Positions 63,228 to 64,000 of a stretch of DNA of 64,000 nucleotides are shown here, piece after piece (position 1 is the stretch's first letter; each line of letters begins with the position of its first letter). Location of the stretch: the sequence record OL631479.1. One strand, given 5' to 3'. The DNA comes from Escherichia phage ECML-10. The notes below the pieces were generated by a model. That model had not been told where the DNA came from, ran no database searches, and was given only the letters and a program-made list of their open reading frames with translations. A program made the position numbers and the translations under genes.

Positions 63228-63508
63228 TGATCGGTCTCCTTCTTGTTAAGTCTGAATACTGCAATAATAACATTCCCAAGGTGCAGTGTCAAATCATTTC
63301 CAAGATACCACAACATTCCACGGTCATCTTTGATGAAAGGGTAACAATCTGGTGCCTTCCAGACATTGTACACTTTCCCAACCTGAAAGAAATCAGGCCC
63401 TGTTGGGATTTTGGTACCAGGCCACACTTGAGATACCTGAACACACTCCACCTGCATAATAACAGGGATAGTCATAGATGTAAATGTTTTTGTTGGTTCT
63501 ACTACCAT
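63224..63508 (-). CDS. small protein, member of a three-gene paralog run
   Basis: Start moved to ATG 63508 (SD AAAGAGGAGA); RGMLWYLGNDLTLHLGNVI. Confidence 0.5.
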   Translation of the reverse strand: MVVEPTKTFTSMTIPVIMQVECVQVSQVWPGTKIPTGPDFFQVGKVYNVWKAPDCYPFIKDDRGMLWYLGNDLTLHLGNVIIAVFRLNKKETDQ

Positions 63509-63557
63509 AAAAGTCTCCTCTTTGCTCAACAACACTTCCATGTGTTGATAGTTTACA

Positions 63558-63914
63558 TTAGTGACAATCACCCCAATTACGACCACACAAGTATTCACCT
63601 GTGATCTGGAACGGGACTCCCATCATTTTAGAAGCTTGCCAGAAGCAATGTACCACCATTTCGCCCACAGGACTCCAGATAAGTTCAAGCTTTCCGTCAT
63701 CGTTCAGGATAGGATCGTACACCGTGTTTCCGTCTCTGTCAACCACTTCGTTTCCGTTTTCATCCTTGCGTGCCTTTTTGTACTTATGACCGTCAAACAC
63801 ATGAAGTTTGGCCTCCTGCTCTGCCTTAAATGCTTCCAATTCTTCAATTGTGTCGAAGGTGTACACAGTCTTATACTTAGGCGTGTCAGGAACCTGAAGT
63901 TGGTACTCATCCAT
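63558..63914 (-). CDS. hypothetical protein (118 aa)
   Basis: ORF track; weak SD. Confidence 0.45.
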   Translation of the reverse strand: MDEYQLQVPDTPKYKTVYTFDTIEELEAFKAEQEAKLHVFDGHKYKKARKDENGNEVVDRDGNTVYDPILNDDGKLELIWSPVGEMVVHCFWQASKMMGVPFQITGEYLCGRNWGDCH

Positions 63915-64000
63915 CTGTTCAGGTAGGTCGTTAAGCTACCCCGCACCATTACGTGCATAGCCATACAGTTTCCTGTATGGATCGGACTACCTCACTGCCT

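Noticed and set aside
63704-63964. Minus-strand 86-aa ORF at the right edge
   Set aside because: Overlaps the better-supported gene 63558-63914 in another frame; no RBS
1-64000. CRISPR arrays, integrase/attachment sites, rRNA genes
   Set aside because: No regularly spaced direct repeats with unique spacers, no tyrosine/serine recombinase motifs recognised, no rRNA-like sequence

Overview
The window reads as a gene-dense segment of a virulent tailed dsDNA phage genome (no integrase or att site seen). All calls come from reading the sequence and ORF track and recalling protein families from memory; no database search, RNA folding or statistics were run. Gene content is T5-like: class Ia and class III ribonucleotide reductases, ThyX, HAD 5'-nucleotidase, PhoH, ClpP-like protease, FEN-type exonuclease, ATP-dependent DNA ligase, a lambda-R-type lysozyme and several homing endonucleases including a T5orf172-type one. 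There are three transcriptional blocks: 1-3051 on the minus strand, 3095-42748 on the plus strand, and 45271-63914 on the minus strand. They are separated by ORF-poor, repeat-rich regions at 963-1623, 42750-45250 and 54000-54970. The strongest candidates for something new are: (1) a tandem array of about a dozen small acidic paralogous proteins at 31.6-42.7 kb that includes a ribosome hibernation factor (HPF/RaiA) homolog; (2) an RNA-repair cassette (Rnl1-type RNA ligase, PNK-like kinase, calcineurin-type phosphoesterase) next to a SIR2-family gene, with a macro-domain gene elsewhere; (3) nrdD split by a probable group I intron carrying an HNH endonuclease; (4) an array of four palindromic operator-like sites at 1468-1548; (5) three copies of a conserved stem-loop placed exactly 12 nt from stop codons of minus-strand genes. 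Many start codons were re-assigned by RBS inspection and should be treated as approximate.
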